Assembly: GCA_022712895.1 (NCBI GenBank)
Contig: JAFLJS010000069.1
Span: 35,034 to 99,033 of the forward strand
Direction of reading: 5' to 3'
DNA: 64,000 nt
Origin: Desulfocapsa sp.
GTDB taxonomy: Bacteria > Desulfobacterota > Desulfobulbia > Desulfobulbales > Desulfocapsaceae
Every line of letters begins with the position of its first letter. The first letter of the stretch is position 1. Below are positions 37,393-47,337 of the stretch, in pieces. A program made the translations under genes and the position numbers. The notes below the pieces were generated by a model. That model saw only the letters and a list, made by a program, of their open reading frames with translations. It was not told the DNA's origin and did not search any database.

Positions 37393-37566
37393 TCACAACG
37401 TTGACAGTTTATTTAAAAGGTCTACAATCCCTGCGGAGTTCCTTTTCCGATACTGGCCAGTGCCGTGTTCAATAACATCCTTATCCAAATCACCCGCTGT
37501 ATGATTGTGGCAATAACAGATAATTGCATTACTGTTTCAGGCGGGTATGCCGGTAGCCAGAATCAT
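37393..37566 (-). pseudogene. Possible remnant of a BFD-like/CopZ-type Cys-rich metallochaperone
   Basis: MILATGIPA*NSNAIICYCHNHTAGDLDKDVIEHG...; the ICYC...T..D...DV..HG motif is recognisable; in-frame TGA at codon 10. Confidence 0.3.
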
Positions 37567-37598
37567 TTCCTGGTGGTTCTTCCGGTAACCCTGTTTCC

Positions 37599-38558
37599 TC
37601 ACTTTTTGTATTGTGGAGAAAACTTGACGATACGGTAATTTCCAAAATCTACGACATACACATTCCCTGCCTCATCAAGCGCGATATCTGTAGGCAGCTT
37701 AAGTTGACCTGGCCCGCTACCTTCTTCACCAATAACAGAAAGAAATTCTCCATCACGGCTAAACTTCTGGACACGGTTGTTGTAAAAATCTGCCGTAAAT
37801 ATAGTCTGATCTGGGCCTACAGCAACAGCAGTTGCCGTTTTAAACCAACCGGGACGACTGCCGGAGATATTCAGGGCCAAAAAACCGCCCCACTTTCTCA
37901 AAAACTTTCCATCCGCAGCAAAGAGCTGAATCCGATCATTGTAGGCATCTGCCACCACCAGACTGTTGTCAGGCAACAGGGCAATATCTGTGGGGTAGTT
38001 AAAATAGCCGGCTCTGATACCAATTTTACCGGTATGGCCGTACTGTCTGATAAAAGCCCCCTCTTTTGTCAATACCTGCACTCTATGGTTATAAAAATCA
38101 GCGACATACAGCTGTCCCTTGTCATCCACAGCGACACCAGCCGATGCATCAAACTGGCCCGCACCAGAACCGGATGAGCCGATGAGCTGCAAGGATTCTC
38201 CAGCCAGTGTAAAAACTTGAATCCGATCATTTAGATATTCGGCAACATAGAGTTTGGTGTCTGAGACATCCATGTGCATTGGCCGACCCAACTGCCCGGC
38301 ACCACTTCCCTGGCTACCGAACATTCGGAGAAATTTTCCATCCTGGGAGAACACCTGGATACGATTGTTACCAGCATCACTGACAAATATTTCATCTCTT
38401 TTTATTGCTATGCCGATGGGATTGCTAAACTGGCCGGGTGCAGAACCCTCGCTCCCCCAGCTCTTGACAAAGAGATAGGAATTCATTTCGGCAGCCTGGA
38501 CGGAAAGAGTGTGGCATGCCCAGAATATGAAAAAAGTAAGAAGAAAGTAGCCACGCAT
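37599..38558 (-). CDS. Exported NHL-repeat six-bladed beta-propeller protein
   Basis: Repeated G..G.GPGQF..P.GIA...G.lYVAD..N.RIQ; signal peptide from MRGYFLL (38558) with GGAG SD. Confidence 0.9.
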   Translation of the reverse strand: MRGYFLLTFFIFWACHTLSVQAAEMNSYLFVKSWGSEGSAPGQFSNPIGIAIKRDEIFVSDAGNNRIQVFSQDGKFLRMFGSQGSGAGQLGRPMHMDVSDTKLYVAEYLNDRIQVFTLAGESLQLIGSSGSGAGQFDASAGVAVDDKGQLYVADFYNHRVQVLTKEGAFIRQYGHTGKIGIRAGYFNYPTDIALLPDNSLVVADAYNDRIQLFAADGKFLRKWGGFLALNISGSRPGWFKTATAVAVGPDQTIFTADFYNNRVQKFSRDGEFLSVIGEEGSGPGQLKLPTDIALDEAGNVYVVDFGNYRIVKFSPQYKK

Positions 38559-38695
38559 GATTTTTACTCCTTTGCTGCTATCAGGTGAACCAGTAAACGG
38601 CGGCACCGAACAGAAATATGACTGTTATACTTGGTGTAATTCCCGCCGCTCCTTTTAAAAAAGAGTTTCATTGTAACTGCCATTTTGTCTATTTT

Positions 38696-39604
38696 CTAAA
38701 AATTCATCCGAAAGCTGACAGTGCTGATAAAATCATTTTTCAGTGATACACCGTTCAGATCCTGAACAACCGGGACTTGTACTACAAGTTCAAGAACTGT
38801 CCTTTTTGTTACATACTGTATTCCAGGTGCGAAAAACCAGGTAATCCCGCCACTGTTGTTATCTACAATGCCTCGGCTTCTATTGTTATCCTGCCATATC
38901 AAATTACTTTCCAGCACAGCATACACAAAACCCGGTACCCCTGAACTAAGTTCACAGGGCCATACCCTATGCTGATATGATGTATCTATCCTGACTTCAT
39001 CACCAAACTCAAATTCATTGGCCTTGGTTCTCAAGGTATAGGAAATGGAGAGATCAATCTCGCGGGCAAGTGTCTGACGGGTCACAACCATTCCCAGAGA
39101 GTAATCCCAGGCCCCTGAACCAAGTTGCAAGGGTTGGGGCAGGATGCCCAAAGAATCTTCGGCCCTATCCTCTCCTGTCGGCATTTTCAGCGCCACAAAA
39201 GGGGCCAGACGTATGGTCTTACCAGGAGCATCTATTTTCCAGGCTGTGTATCTGGCCATGGCTGTAAAATCACCGATGCCGCTCTCTCCGCGGGTCAGCC
39301 TACCCGTAGCCGAAGTGATCATTATTTCTTTGTCAAGAACCGGCAATATACCAAAAAGGGCCAATTTTTCCGTTACTCCGTAAGCAATCACTAACGGAAT
39401 TGTCCAGACGGTCAAATCACGGTCTGCACCGGACAGATCGTCTGTGGAGAGCATCAGCTTTGTCTGGATTCGGACAACTTTCTCATCTCTGGCCACTGGT
39501 AAAGCTGTATTAAAGGTAATTGGAGCAGCAGCAAGCTCCCGTAGAGTAAGAATAAGAAAAATAAATAGGCAGCTGGAAAGGATCAAAAGTGTTGAATTCT
39601 TCAC
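38696..39604 (-). CDS. Outer-membrane beta-barrel 'transporter' (MetA-pathway/SphA-like)
   Basis: Signal peptide; G..GIGD, LK.PTG, QLGSG.WD, PGIQY, terminal aromatic F. Confidence 0.7.
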   Translation of the reverse strand: MKNSTLLILSSCLFIFLILTLRELAAAPITFNTALPVARDEKVVRIQTKLMLSTDDLSGADRDLTVWTIPLVIAYGVTEKLALFGILPVLDKEIMITSATGRLTRGESGIGDFTAMARYTAWKIDAPGKTIRLAPFVALKMPTGEDRAEDSLGILPQPLQLGSGAWDYSLGMVVTRQTLAREIDLSISYTLRTKANEFEFGDEVRIDTSYQHRVWPCELSSGVPGFVYAVLESNLIWQDNNRSRGIVDNNSGGITWFFAPGIQYVTKRTVLELVVQVPVVQDLNGVSLKNDFISTVSFRMNF

Positions 39605-40104
39605 GGTTTCACCTCCTTCACAACTTCAGGTCTGAGTATCCATTCCTTGTTACTATTCAGAAAAATCTGCCCCTTCAAAACAACAGAACGACTTGACTCT
39701 GCAGCACCATTAAGATGTACATTGAGCTCATTGCTGTCTGTTTGCAGAACTAATGAAGAGCCGTTAAAATGAAGTACCAGGGTATCAAGTGTATCCTTGG
39801 CGATGCGGCCATCAACAGTAACGACCATATCTCCTGCTGTAAAGCCAGCATCCTTAACTGCCTCTGATATCTTCTGGTAATCAATTGAGTGCGCTGGCTT
39901 TGCATTAACCAGGGCCATGCCCGTTTTCATATCAACAGTAACAGATGATACACCGGTCACCGTTTTCAGGCGTTTTTCAACACCGAAGGCACAAAAGGGG
40001 CAGGCCATGCCATCTACCGCCACGGATAGGGAGGATATGCGTGCTTGTGCAGGACTTGAAAACAAAAGGAGGATTACTGTCAGTAGCACATAGAGTATTT
40101 TCAT
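39601..40104 (-). CDS. Exported heavy-metal-associated (HMA, MerP/CopZ-like) domain protein
   Basis: V.VDGMACPFCAFGVEKRL..V.GV...V; signal peptide; C-terminal extension. Confidence 0.85.
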   Translation of the reverse strand: MKILYVLLTVILLLFSSPAQARISSLSVAVDGMACPFCAFGVEKRLKTVTGVSSVTVDMKTGMALVNAKPAHSIDYQKISEAVKDAGFTAGDMVVTVDGRIAKDTLDTLVLHFNGSSLVLQTDSNELNVHLNGAAESSRSVVLKGQIFLNSNKEWILRPEVVKEVKP

Positions 40105-40259
40105 TTTCCACCTGAGCCAAAAGTTACTTCTTTGAGAGTGGATACACTTCAATCTCTCACCGAGTTGCTGATCTTTTTTCCTGTTTTCTCATTATAAATG
40201 TTTTCTACATACACTATAATCTCTGTCTCATCCTACAGGGTCAATAGTGATCTAGGTGG

Positions 40260-40895
40260 TTATGCATTGTTTTTGTCGTCATGCTCCCCTCCTGAAATAT
40301 CAATAATTTTTGCATCTCCCGCATACTCTTTTAGAGCAAATCTGTCGAGGAACGAAATTTTTTTCACAATCTCCTTGATCGCTTTTGTGTTATTAATGAT
40401 TGTCTCGAGTTCTTTGTAAGGTTCCGATTCCAGTTCAAAATCATCCTGGAGTAACTGGGCGTTACCAAGCACGACCTGAATTGGTGAATTTAATTCATGG
40501 GCTATGGTACCTGCCATTGCCAGGATAGTTTCCTGTTTTTCCTGTTCCCTCTTTTTCTCACGATCACTCAAAACACCCATGACCACTGCGATCACGTTAA
40601 AAAGCACAATTTCAAGTGACTTATCTAGATCTTCAGGCGAAAATTGTTGCCAATGCATCGCAACAATTGGGATATAGAGAATGCTGATTCCAAGCGAAGC
40701 TACAAGACCACCCCGTAATCCATACCAGAAGGCTGCCAGGAGAACTGGAAGGAAATAGAGTTCCCTGAGAAAAATGTGTGAATATGGCTGGCCTTGCCCA
40801 GTTAGATAATGAAGGGCTGTCGTTACTGTAAGTAACGAAATGATCAATAATATTTTTGGGTATTCAAGTGGAAACACCTTTTTCTGCCAATTCAT
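40260..40895 (-). CDS. Membrane sensor + HisKA protein without a HATPase domain
   Basis: TM region (ELYFLPVLLAAFWYGLRGGL), H-box AGTIAHELNSP, ends YAGDAKIIDI with no N/G boxes. Confidence 0.75.
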   Translation of the reverse strand: MNWQKKVFPLEYPKILLIISLLTVTTALHYLTGQGQPYSHIFLRELYFLPVLLAAFWYGLRGGLVASLGISILYIPIVAMHWQQFSPEDLDKSLEIVLFNVIAVVMGVLSDREKKREQEKQETILAMAGTIAHELNSPIQVVLGNAQLLQDDFELESEPYKELETIINNTKAIKEIVKKISFLDRFALKEYAGDAKIIDISGGEHDDKNNA

Positions 40896-41578
40896 AAACA
40901 CCCCCCACAACTCTATTATTGTTATCCATGAGAACACTTCTGTGTCCAGAGAAACACCGTCTGCTACACATTGCATTACTTTATATAGCTTTTATCTTGC
41001 AGAAGGTATGCCAGAGTAGTTCGTCTTGAAGCTGACGCAGGTAACAGCCTGAATTATCTAATATATAAATTAGGGATAAAGACTTGTTTCATCCACTACT
41101 TGGAAAGGAGTGCCAAATAAACAGACAGTTAGAGAGAAAAACATGGGTTAATGTCTAAAAACAAGACACCTCTTCTACCGGAATTATGGGCTCTGAGGAT
41201 TTTTCTGTTCATTCGGCATACTACTTAAGATACCAATAACGAGTCACCACATTGTTGTTCGGGAAAGGTAAAATAACATTTTAATTTTTGTATGTTCTCA
41301 CCTCTAAATCACTTGTGAGTACCTGCTGCTTCCAGGAATTTAATTCTACTATAAAAACAATATGATTTTCAGATACACGGCCTTCTTCTCCATTTCACAC
41401 CATTTAACCAAAGGTTGATAAAATGATGGTAAGTCAAAATAAACACGTACACTAGCAATCTTACTGTACATCTAATTGTTATTTAACTGAGGATACACAG
41501 AAGAAAACCGTCAGAACGAAAGTACTTGGTTTTCATCACAGCAACGCCTGTTTGAATCTGGCTAGGGAACTAATATGG

Positions 41579-41612
41579 AAAAGCCCTCATGTAGCTCTTT
41601 TTGAGGGCTTTT
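41579..41612 (-). terminator. Rho-independent terminator downstream of the DUF711 gene
   Basis: AAAAGCCCTCA / TGAGGGCTTTT stem. Confidence 0.7.
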
Positions 41613-41659
41613 AATTTGCCTGTGAATTGCTCAACCAAGCAATAATAGGCATAATTGCT

Positions 41660-43039
41660 TTAATTCTTAAAACTATGGATAGGCGCCGGTATCCGTCCGC
41701 CCCATGCAATAAACCTGTTTGATTTTCCATTATTTATAACTTCCATAATTGGACTCTCGCCAAACAACCCACCAAAACTCACATGCTCTCCCGCTTTTTT
41801 CCCAGGCACTGGAATAAGTCTCGCCGCAGTGGTTTTGTTATTTATCATACCAATAGCCATTTCATCAGCAATTATAGCTGAAATAGTATCAGCATCCACA
41901 TCACCAGGAATAGGGACCATATCAAGGCCTACTGAACAAACACAGGTCATAGCTTCCAATTTTTCTATGGTCAACGCTCCCTTGCCAACAGCATCAGCCA
42001 AGACTGCATCTTCCATGACTGGAATAAATGCCCCACTAAGTCCACCAACTGCTTTAGAAGCAAAAATCCCACCTTTTTTTACAGCATCGTTCAACAACGC
42101 GACTATTGCAGTGGAACCTGGAGCACCCACATCATCGACTCCAAGAATCTGTAGTATCTCTCCCACGGAATCGCCGACCTTTGGTGTTGGAGCAAGTGAC
42201 AAATCAACCACTCCAAATTCAATACCCAACTCTTTCGAGACCTGACGACCAATCAGTTCTCCACATCTGGTCACTCGAAAGGTAATTTGTTTGATTTCTT
42301 CGGCAATATCATCGATTTTAAGATTTTCACGGCCCTTGTTTTTAATCGTTTTTTCAAGGGATCTAGCTATCACTCCAGGCCCGGAAACACCAACATTGAG
42401 AACAACATCTGCCTCTTCCACGCCATGAATCGCTCCTGCCATAAAAGGATTATCACCTGGTTGATTGCAGAACACCACAAACTTGGCTGCTCCAAACCCA
42501 CCAGACTCTTTCGTCTGTTCAGCAAGCTCCTTAACTGTCCTTCCCATCATCGCCACAGCATCCATATTGATTCCCTTTTGGCTGGAGCCGACATTTATAG
42601 ATGCGCATAAACGTTTTGTGACAGCTAAAGCCTCCGGAATGGATTCAATAAAAGCCATATCTGTCTTCGTAATACCTTTCTCTACATGTGCTGTAAATCC
42701 GCCAAGAATATCTACTCCTGCATTAGCCGCAGCATTATCCAAAGATTTTGCCAGGTCGATAAAATCATCCTTTGAAAAACCCGCGCCCACTAAGGCAGCT
42801 GGAGTCACTGAAATCCGTTTATTGACAACTGGTATTCCGTATTTTTGTGCAACTTCTTCACATTTTTCCACAAAATTAGTCGCATATTCTGCGATTTTTG
42901 CCTCCACTGCTGCACAGGTTTCTTTAACTGTCCCAGTCCTGCAATCAAGTAAATTTATTCCCATGGTCACCGTTCGTACATCAAGGTTTTCCTTATGTAC
43001 CATCTCAACCGTTGCCATTATCTGATCTGAACGTAGCAT
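41660..43039 (-). CDS. PFL-family / DUF711 (UPF0210) protein
   Basis: LDVRTVTMGI, GIPVVNKRISVTP, DNPFMAGA.HG, DLSLAPTP..GDSV, MT.VCSVGLDM, GRIPAPIHS.KN. Confidence 0.93.
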   Translation of the reverse strand: MLRSDQIMATVEMVHKENLDVRTVTMGINLLDCRTGTVKETCAAVEAKIAEYATNFVEKCEEVAQKYGIPVVNKRISVTPAALVGAGFSKDDFIDLAKSLDNAAANAGVDILGGFTAHVEKGITKTDMAFIESIPEALAVTKRLCASINVGSSQKGINMDAVAMMGRTVKELAEQTKESGGFGAAKFVVFCNQPGDNPFMAGAIHGVEEADVVLNVGVSGPGVIARSLEKTIKNKGRENLKIDDIAEEIKQITFRVTRCGELIGRQVSKELGIEFGVVDLSLAPTPKVGDSVGEILQILGVDDVGAPGSTAIVALLNDAVKKGGIFASKAVGGLSGAFIPVMEDAVLADAVGKGALTIEKLEAMTCVCSVGLDMVPIPGDVDADTISAIIADEMAIGMINNKTTAARLIPVPGKKAGEHVSFGGLFGESPIMEVINNGKSNRFIAWGGRIPAPIHSFKN

Positions 43040-43062
43040 TTTGTTCTCCTGAAGAAATCTCT

Positions 43063-43638
43063 CTATCTACTTACTGTTTCTACAAAACCACTAACTTCGT
43101 GGGTTGCCTGGAAAATATCATTATGTTGTAAGACTAAATCCAGTTGTTCCTTTTCTCCCAGGCTTTTCAATTCCTCACGAATTTTTTGTAAAGAATCAAT
43201 TTGACTCAAATCAACCTGGAAAATCATAGTGTATTGTTCATTGTCTCGGGTAGTCCCAAGATCTAACACATTGATATTACGACTATAGAAAAAGTCTCCC
43301 ATAACCTTTACCAAACCTTTTCTATTTATTGCCTGGGCAGTGACAATAAATGTTTCTGATGGTAAATTTTTCTTTTCCGTTTCGAGAGCCACATCCATTT
43401 CTTGAATTGCGCATTCAATTTTATTTTCAGATTCTATATGCGAAATTCCTGCAATAACATCCTCAGCTGTAATTTTTCTGTCAAATTCTGCAATAAGAAT
43501 CATGCTAAAATAGCCGCCTAAAACGGATTGATTCAAATCCGCAAGATCGCCACCCAAGTCAAGGATTACACCTGTAATATCAGCTATAATACCCGGTCGA
43601 TCCTTTGACATTACAGATATTACCAATTGTTTTTTCAT
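43063..43638 (-). CDS. Tandem ACT-domain protein (GcvR-like)
   Basis: VISVM.KDRPGIIA, F.MIL, QH.DIF...H; ATGA overlap with the nadB stop. Confidence 0.85.
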   Translation of the reverse strand: MKKQLVISVMSKDRPGIIADITGVILDLGGDLADLNQSVLGGYFSMILIAEFDRKITAEDVIAGISHIESENKIECAIQEMDVALETEKKNLPSETFIVTAQAINRKGLVKVMGDFFYSRNINVLDLGTTRDNEQYTMIFQVDLSQIDSLQKIREELKSLGEKEQLDLVLQHNDIFQATHEVSGFVETVSR

Positions 43639-45284
43639 TCCTGCTCTCTCTTTATCGTCTTGATTTCCCACTTCTTACCATCCTTTTTCCGTTTAAATAT
43701 TGTTTGCTCTATATTTTCATTAGTTTGTGTATAGTCAGCCAGATAGTGAAGGCCTCTAGATTCTTTGCGAAGCTGTGCCGACTGAATGATCACTAGCGAA
43801 ATCAACGCAATATTGCGAAGCTCCACCATATTTGGAGTTATATGATAATCATGATAATGTTGATCTATTTCTTTAAAAATCCCTTCCATCCGAACCTTTG
43901 CAAGTTCAAGACGTTTCAACGATCGTACAATACCAACATAGTTCCACATCACTCTTCTGATCGCATCCCAATTATGATTTATTAGAATCTCTTCCTCTAA
44001 ATCCATGGCATTTCCACTTTTCCATTCATCGACTTCAGGAATATCAGTAGTTTTTATATTCGACCAGTGTTTTTTACAAAAATTTGCAGCCCTATCAGCA
44101 AACACCACTGCCTCTAGGAGACTGTTCGATGCAAGTCGGTTTCCGCCATGAAGTCCAGTGCTTGCTGTTTCGCCCAGGGCAATGAGCCCCGGTATTGTCG
44201 TACAACCATTGCTATCCGTTCTCACGCCACCACACATATAATGTGCTGCAGGTACCACCGGAATAGGTTCCTTACTAATATCAATTCCACGTGATAGACA
44301 CCTTTGAAAAATTGTCGGAAATCGTTCTTCTAAAAAAGATTTGTCACGGTGACTAATGTCGAGAAACACATAATCCGCCCCACTTTCTTTTAATTCCTTA
44401 TCTATTGCCCTCGCAACCGTGTCTCTTGTGGCTAAGTCTTTTCGCTTATCATACTTTTCCATAAACGCAACGCCTTCCCCGTCAATTAGAATTCCACCTT
44501 CTCCTCGTACTGCTTCTGAAATAAGGAAATTTTTCTCCAGAGAATGATGGAGACAAGTCGGATGGAACTGTACGAACTCCATATTAGACAATTCTGCGCC
44601 TGCACGAAATGCCATTGCCACGCCGTCCCCTGTCGCAATATCAGGATTTGTCGTATACAAATAGACCTTTCCAACACCTCCAGAACAAAGGACTGTCACT
44701 TTCGCACGACATGCTTCTACTTCCTCACCTACCATCACATATGCCCCTGCACATCGCTGGCTACCCGCAGCACGCCAACCAGGAACCGCCCCCTCAACCA
44801 TCAACAGATCCACAGCAATCCGCTCCTCAAACATCTCTATCTTACTGTTATTTCGAACTTTATTAAGCAATGCCCGTTCAACTTCTCTACCCGTTAAGTC
44901 ATAGGCATGTATCACTCGACGATGGGAGTGCCCCCCTTCTCTGCCCAATGAATATCCTGAAGAATTACCTGCATCTTGAACAAAACCGACGCCGATATCT
45001 ACCAATTCCTTGATCCTAGCAGGCCCGTTCTCAACTACCATCCGCACAATTGATTCATCACACAATCCAGCACCTGAAGATAAAGTGTCTTGCACATGAG
45101 ACTCGATGCTGTCATTCTCCTCTAGTACTGCGGCTATTCCTCCTTGTGCCAAATTAGTGGCAGTGTCCACATCCCTTTTTTTTGTTACAACGATGACACT
45201 GCCCAGCTCTGCACACTTCAACGCACAGGACAAACCTGCAATCCCACTTCCGATAATCAAGAAATCACTTTCCACCAGAATCAC
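43635..45284 (-). CDS. nadB: L-aspartate oxidase
   Basis: IIGSGIAGL, AQGGIAA, EGGHS.RR, EFVQFHPT, LISEAVRGEGG, PAAHY.CGG, GLHG.NRLASNSLLE. Confidence 0.96.
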   Translation of the reverse strand: MILVESDFLIIGSGIAGLSCALKCAELGSVIVVTKKRDVDTATNLAQGGIAAVLEENDSIESHVQDTLSSGAGLCDESIVRMVVENGPARIKELVDIGVGFVQDAGNSSGYSLGREGGHSHRRVIHAYDLTGREVERALLNKVRNNSKIEMFEERIAVDLLMVEGAVPGWRAAGSQRCAGAYVMVGEEVEACRAKVTVLCSGGVGKVYLYTTNPDIATGDGVAMAFRAGAELSNMEFVQFHPTCLHHSLEKNFLISEAVRGEGGILIDGEGVAFMEKYDKRKDLATRDTVARAIDKELKESGADYVFLDISHRDKSFLEERFPTIFQRCLSRGIDISKEPIPVVPAAHYMCGGVRTDSNGCTTIPGLIALGETASTGLHGGNRLASNSLLEAVVFADRAANFCKKHWSNIKTTDIPEVDEWKSGNAMDLEEEILINHNWDAIRRVMWNYVGIVRSLKRLELAKVRMEGIFKEIDQHYHDYHITPNMVELRNIALISLVIIQSAQLRKESRGLHYLADYTQTNENIEQTIFKRKKDGKKWEIKTIKREQE

Positions 45285-45291
45285 CCCTTAA

Positions 45292-45307
45292 TGTTTCACG
45301 TGAAACA
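45292..45307. promoter_or_regulatory. parS centromere site
   Basis: TGTTTCACGTGAAACA, the perfect chromosomal parS consensus, 194 bp upstream of parA. Confidence 0.95.
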
Positions 45308-45500
45308 TTGATAAAAACGCTAAAGGAATAGAATAGCCCATCCTTCCATAAAGGAACACACTTTAGCTCTCAACACACGTAAAGGCAAGGAAAGTTCAAT
45401 TTATTGGATGAATTTCGCCAAAAGTGTTGTGCGACGAAAGAATATGGACTAGTAAAAGGTGTAATGCATTAATTAACACTTTTCCTAGGAGCATTTAACC

Positions 45501-46274
45501 ATGAGTAAGTCCAAAGTTATCGCAATCGCAAATCAAAAAGGCGGAGTTGGTAAAACCACTTCTGCAGTAAACCTTGCTGCAGCATTGGCACGAAGGAGAA
45601 AAAAAGTCCTTCTTGTGGATTCTGATCCTCAAGGAAATGCAACTTCAGGTGTTGGTATTCATAGCGGAGATTATGACAAACATTTATACCATTGTTACAC
45701 AAGCGGTACTCCGGCAAAAGAAACACTCATTGTTCCTCGGGAAAAAAGATCTCTTACGCTTATTCCTTCTTCTATAGACCTGGCCGCTGCCGAAATGGAA
45801 CTTTTCCCTGTAAAAGAACGTGAATATGTACTCAAAAAATTACTTGCTACGGTAAGAGAAGACTTTGACTATATAATTATTGATTGCCCACCATCCCTTG
45901 GGCTACTGACGGTTAACAGCCTAACCGCTGCTGACTCAGTTTTAATCCCCATGCAATGTGAGTATTTTGCAATGGAAGGACTTGCTCAGTTAATTAAAAC
46001 CATTCGTTCGGTCAAGAAATCACTAAACACGTCCCTCTATATAGAGGGTCTACTATTAACCATGTTTGACAAGCGAAACCGGCTGACATTCCAAGTAGAG
46101 GAAGAAATCAAAAAACATTTTGGCGATCAGGTCTTCAAAACTGTAATTCCACGAAATGTACGACTTAGTGAAAGTCCGAGCCATGGTCAGACAGTTATCG
46201 ATTACGATATTAAATCTACCGGTGCAAAAGCCTATATCCAATTGGGCAATGAGTTTTTGCGAAACCAAAATTGA
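45501..46274 (+). CDS. parA: Chromosome partitioning ATPase ParA/Soj
   Basis: NQKGGVGKTT, DSDPQGNAT, IDCPPSLG, PMQCEYFA.EGL, IPRNVRLSE.PSHG. Confidence 0.97.
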   Translation: MSKSKVIAIANQKGGVGKTTSAVNLAAALARRRKKVLLVDSDPQGNATSGVGIHSGDYDKHLYHCYTSGTPAKETLIVPREKRSLTLIPSSIDLAAAEMELFPVKEREYVLKKLLATVREDFDYIIIDCPPSLGLLTVNSLTAADSVLIPMQCEYFAMEGLAQLIKTIRSVKKSLNTSLYIEGLLLTMFDKRNRLTFQVEEEIKKHFGDQVFKTVIPRNVRLSESPSHGQTVIDYDIKSTGAKAYIQLGNEFLRNQN

Positions 46275-46285
46275 GAGAATATAAC

Positions 46286-47158
46286 ATGGGAAATCCAAAA
46301 GGACTCGGAAGAGGTGTCGATCTCTTGTTTAACGCCGAGGAAGAAGACGAAAAGTATTTTGAATGTGACGTAAACAATATTATCCCAAATCAATTCCAAC
46401 CTCGTACTCATTTTGACGAAGACAGTTTAAAAGAACTGGCTAATTCAATTAAGGAAAAAGGGGTGATCCAACCATTGGTAGTCACGCCGAATATTGATGG
46501 AAGTTACGGACTTATCGCAGGTGAACGGCGACTCCGAGCCTCAAAAATGGTTGGGTTAAGCTGTGTCCCGGTGGTTATAAGGGAAATTAGTGGCGATGAT
46601 GAATTACTGGAAATTGCACTGATCGAAAATGTACAAAGAAAAGATTTAAACCCAATTGAAGAAGCTGAAGCTTATGAGAAGCTCATTAAGATTTTCTCGT
46701 ATACCCAGGAACAGGCCGCAGAAAAAGTAGGAAAAAAAAGGAGTACTGTCACTAACCGCTTAAGGCTACTACAACTTCCCGATTTTATAAAAGAAGACAT
46801 TGGCCATGGACGACTGACGGAAGGACATTCTAGAGCCATTTTACGCCTTTCCGGGAACGAGACGGCGATGAAGAATGCCAGGGATCAGATCATCTCTAAA
46901 GGTCTTTCCGTTCGCCAGGCTGAGAAATTGACTTCTCGTTTGAAGCAGGAGGGAAGAAAAGATACTACAAGAACAGAGAGTAGACAGAATCATTCGATCC
47001 CACCTTCTTTAACGAATAGTTTGGTAAATAAGGTAACCAATAAACTCGACTCTAAGATACACCTTATTCAAAATGGAACCCGTGGTAAACTTGAAATAGA
47101 GTATTATTCACTCGATCATTTAGAACGACTTGTTGATATGATTGCTGGAGAATCATAA
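46286..47158 (+). CDS. parB: Chromosome partitioning protein ParB/Spo0J
   Basis: GLGRG, PN.FQPR..F, GVIQP, IAGERR.RA, ALIEN.QR.DL.PIEEA. Confidence 0.97.
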   Translation: MGNPKGLGRGVDLLFNAEEEDEKYFECDVNNIIPNQFQPRTHFDEDSLKELANSIKEKGVIQPLVVTPNIDGSYGLIAGERRLRASKMVGLSCVPVVIREISGDDELLEIALIENVQRKDLNPIEEAEAYEKLIKIFSYTQEQAAEKVGKKRSTVTNRLRLLQLPDFIKEDIGHGRLTEGHSRAILRLSGNETAMKNARDQIISKGLSVRQAEKLTSRLKQEGRKDTTRTESRQNHSIPPSLTNSLVNKVTNKLDSKIHLIQNGTRGKLEIEYYSLDHLERLVDMIAGES

Positions 47159-47337
47159 CAACTGTTTTTATTTATGCTACCTGTATAATAAATGCCAATA
47201 GCAAACTATTTTTAAGATACGTCTAACCGGATTACGCTGAACTCAAGTGATAAGTACATAATCATTATTTTTTGGCAGAATATCATATATTTTATATTAC
47301 CTACAGGGCCTTAAACAATTAATAAAATGGAGTTAAT

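Noticed and set aside
40977-41578. Possible decayed minus-strand gene
   Set aside because: Multiple stops and no identifiable motif.
37203-41600. Genomic island integrated at tRNA-Glu
   Set aside because: No integrase, and I found no duplicated tRNA 3' end (attR) downstream.
45285-45500. oriC at the switch from mostly minus-strand to mostly plus-strand genes near parS
   Set aside because: No DnaA-box cluster or dnaA seen, tRNAs on both sides point toward rather than away from it, and by eye the C>G bias of the + strand persists on both sides.
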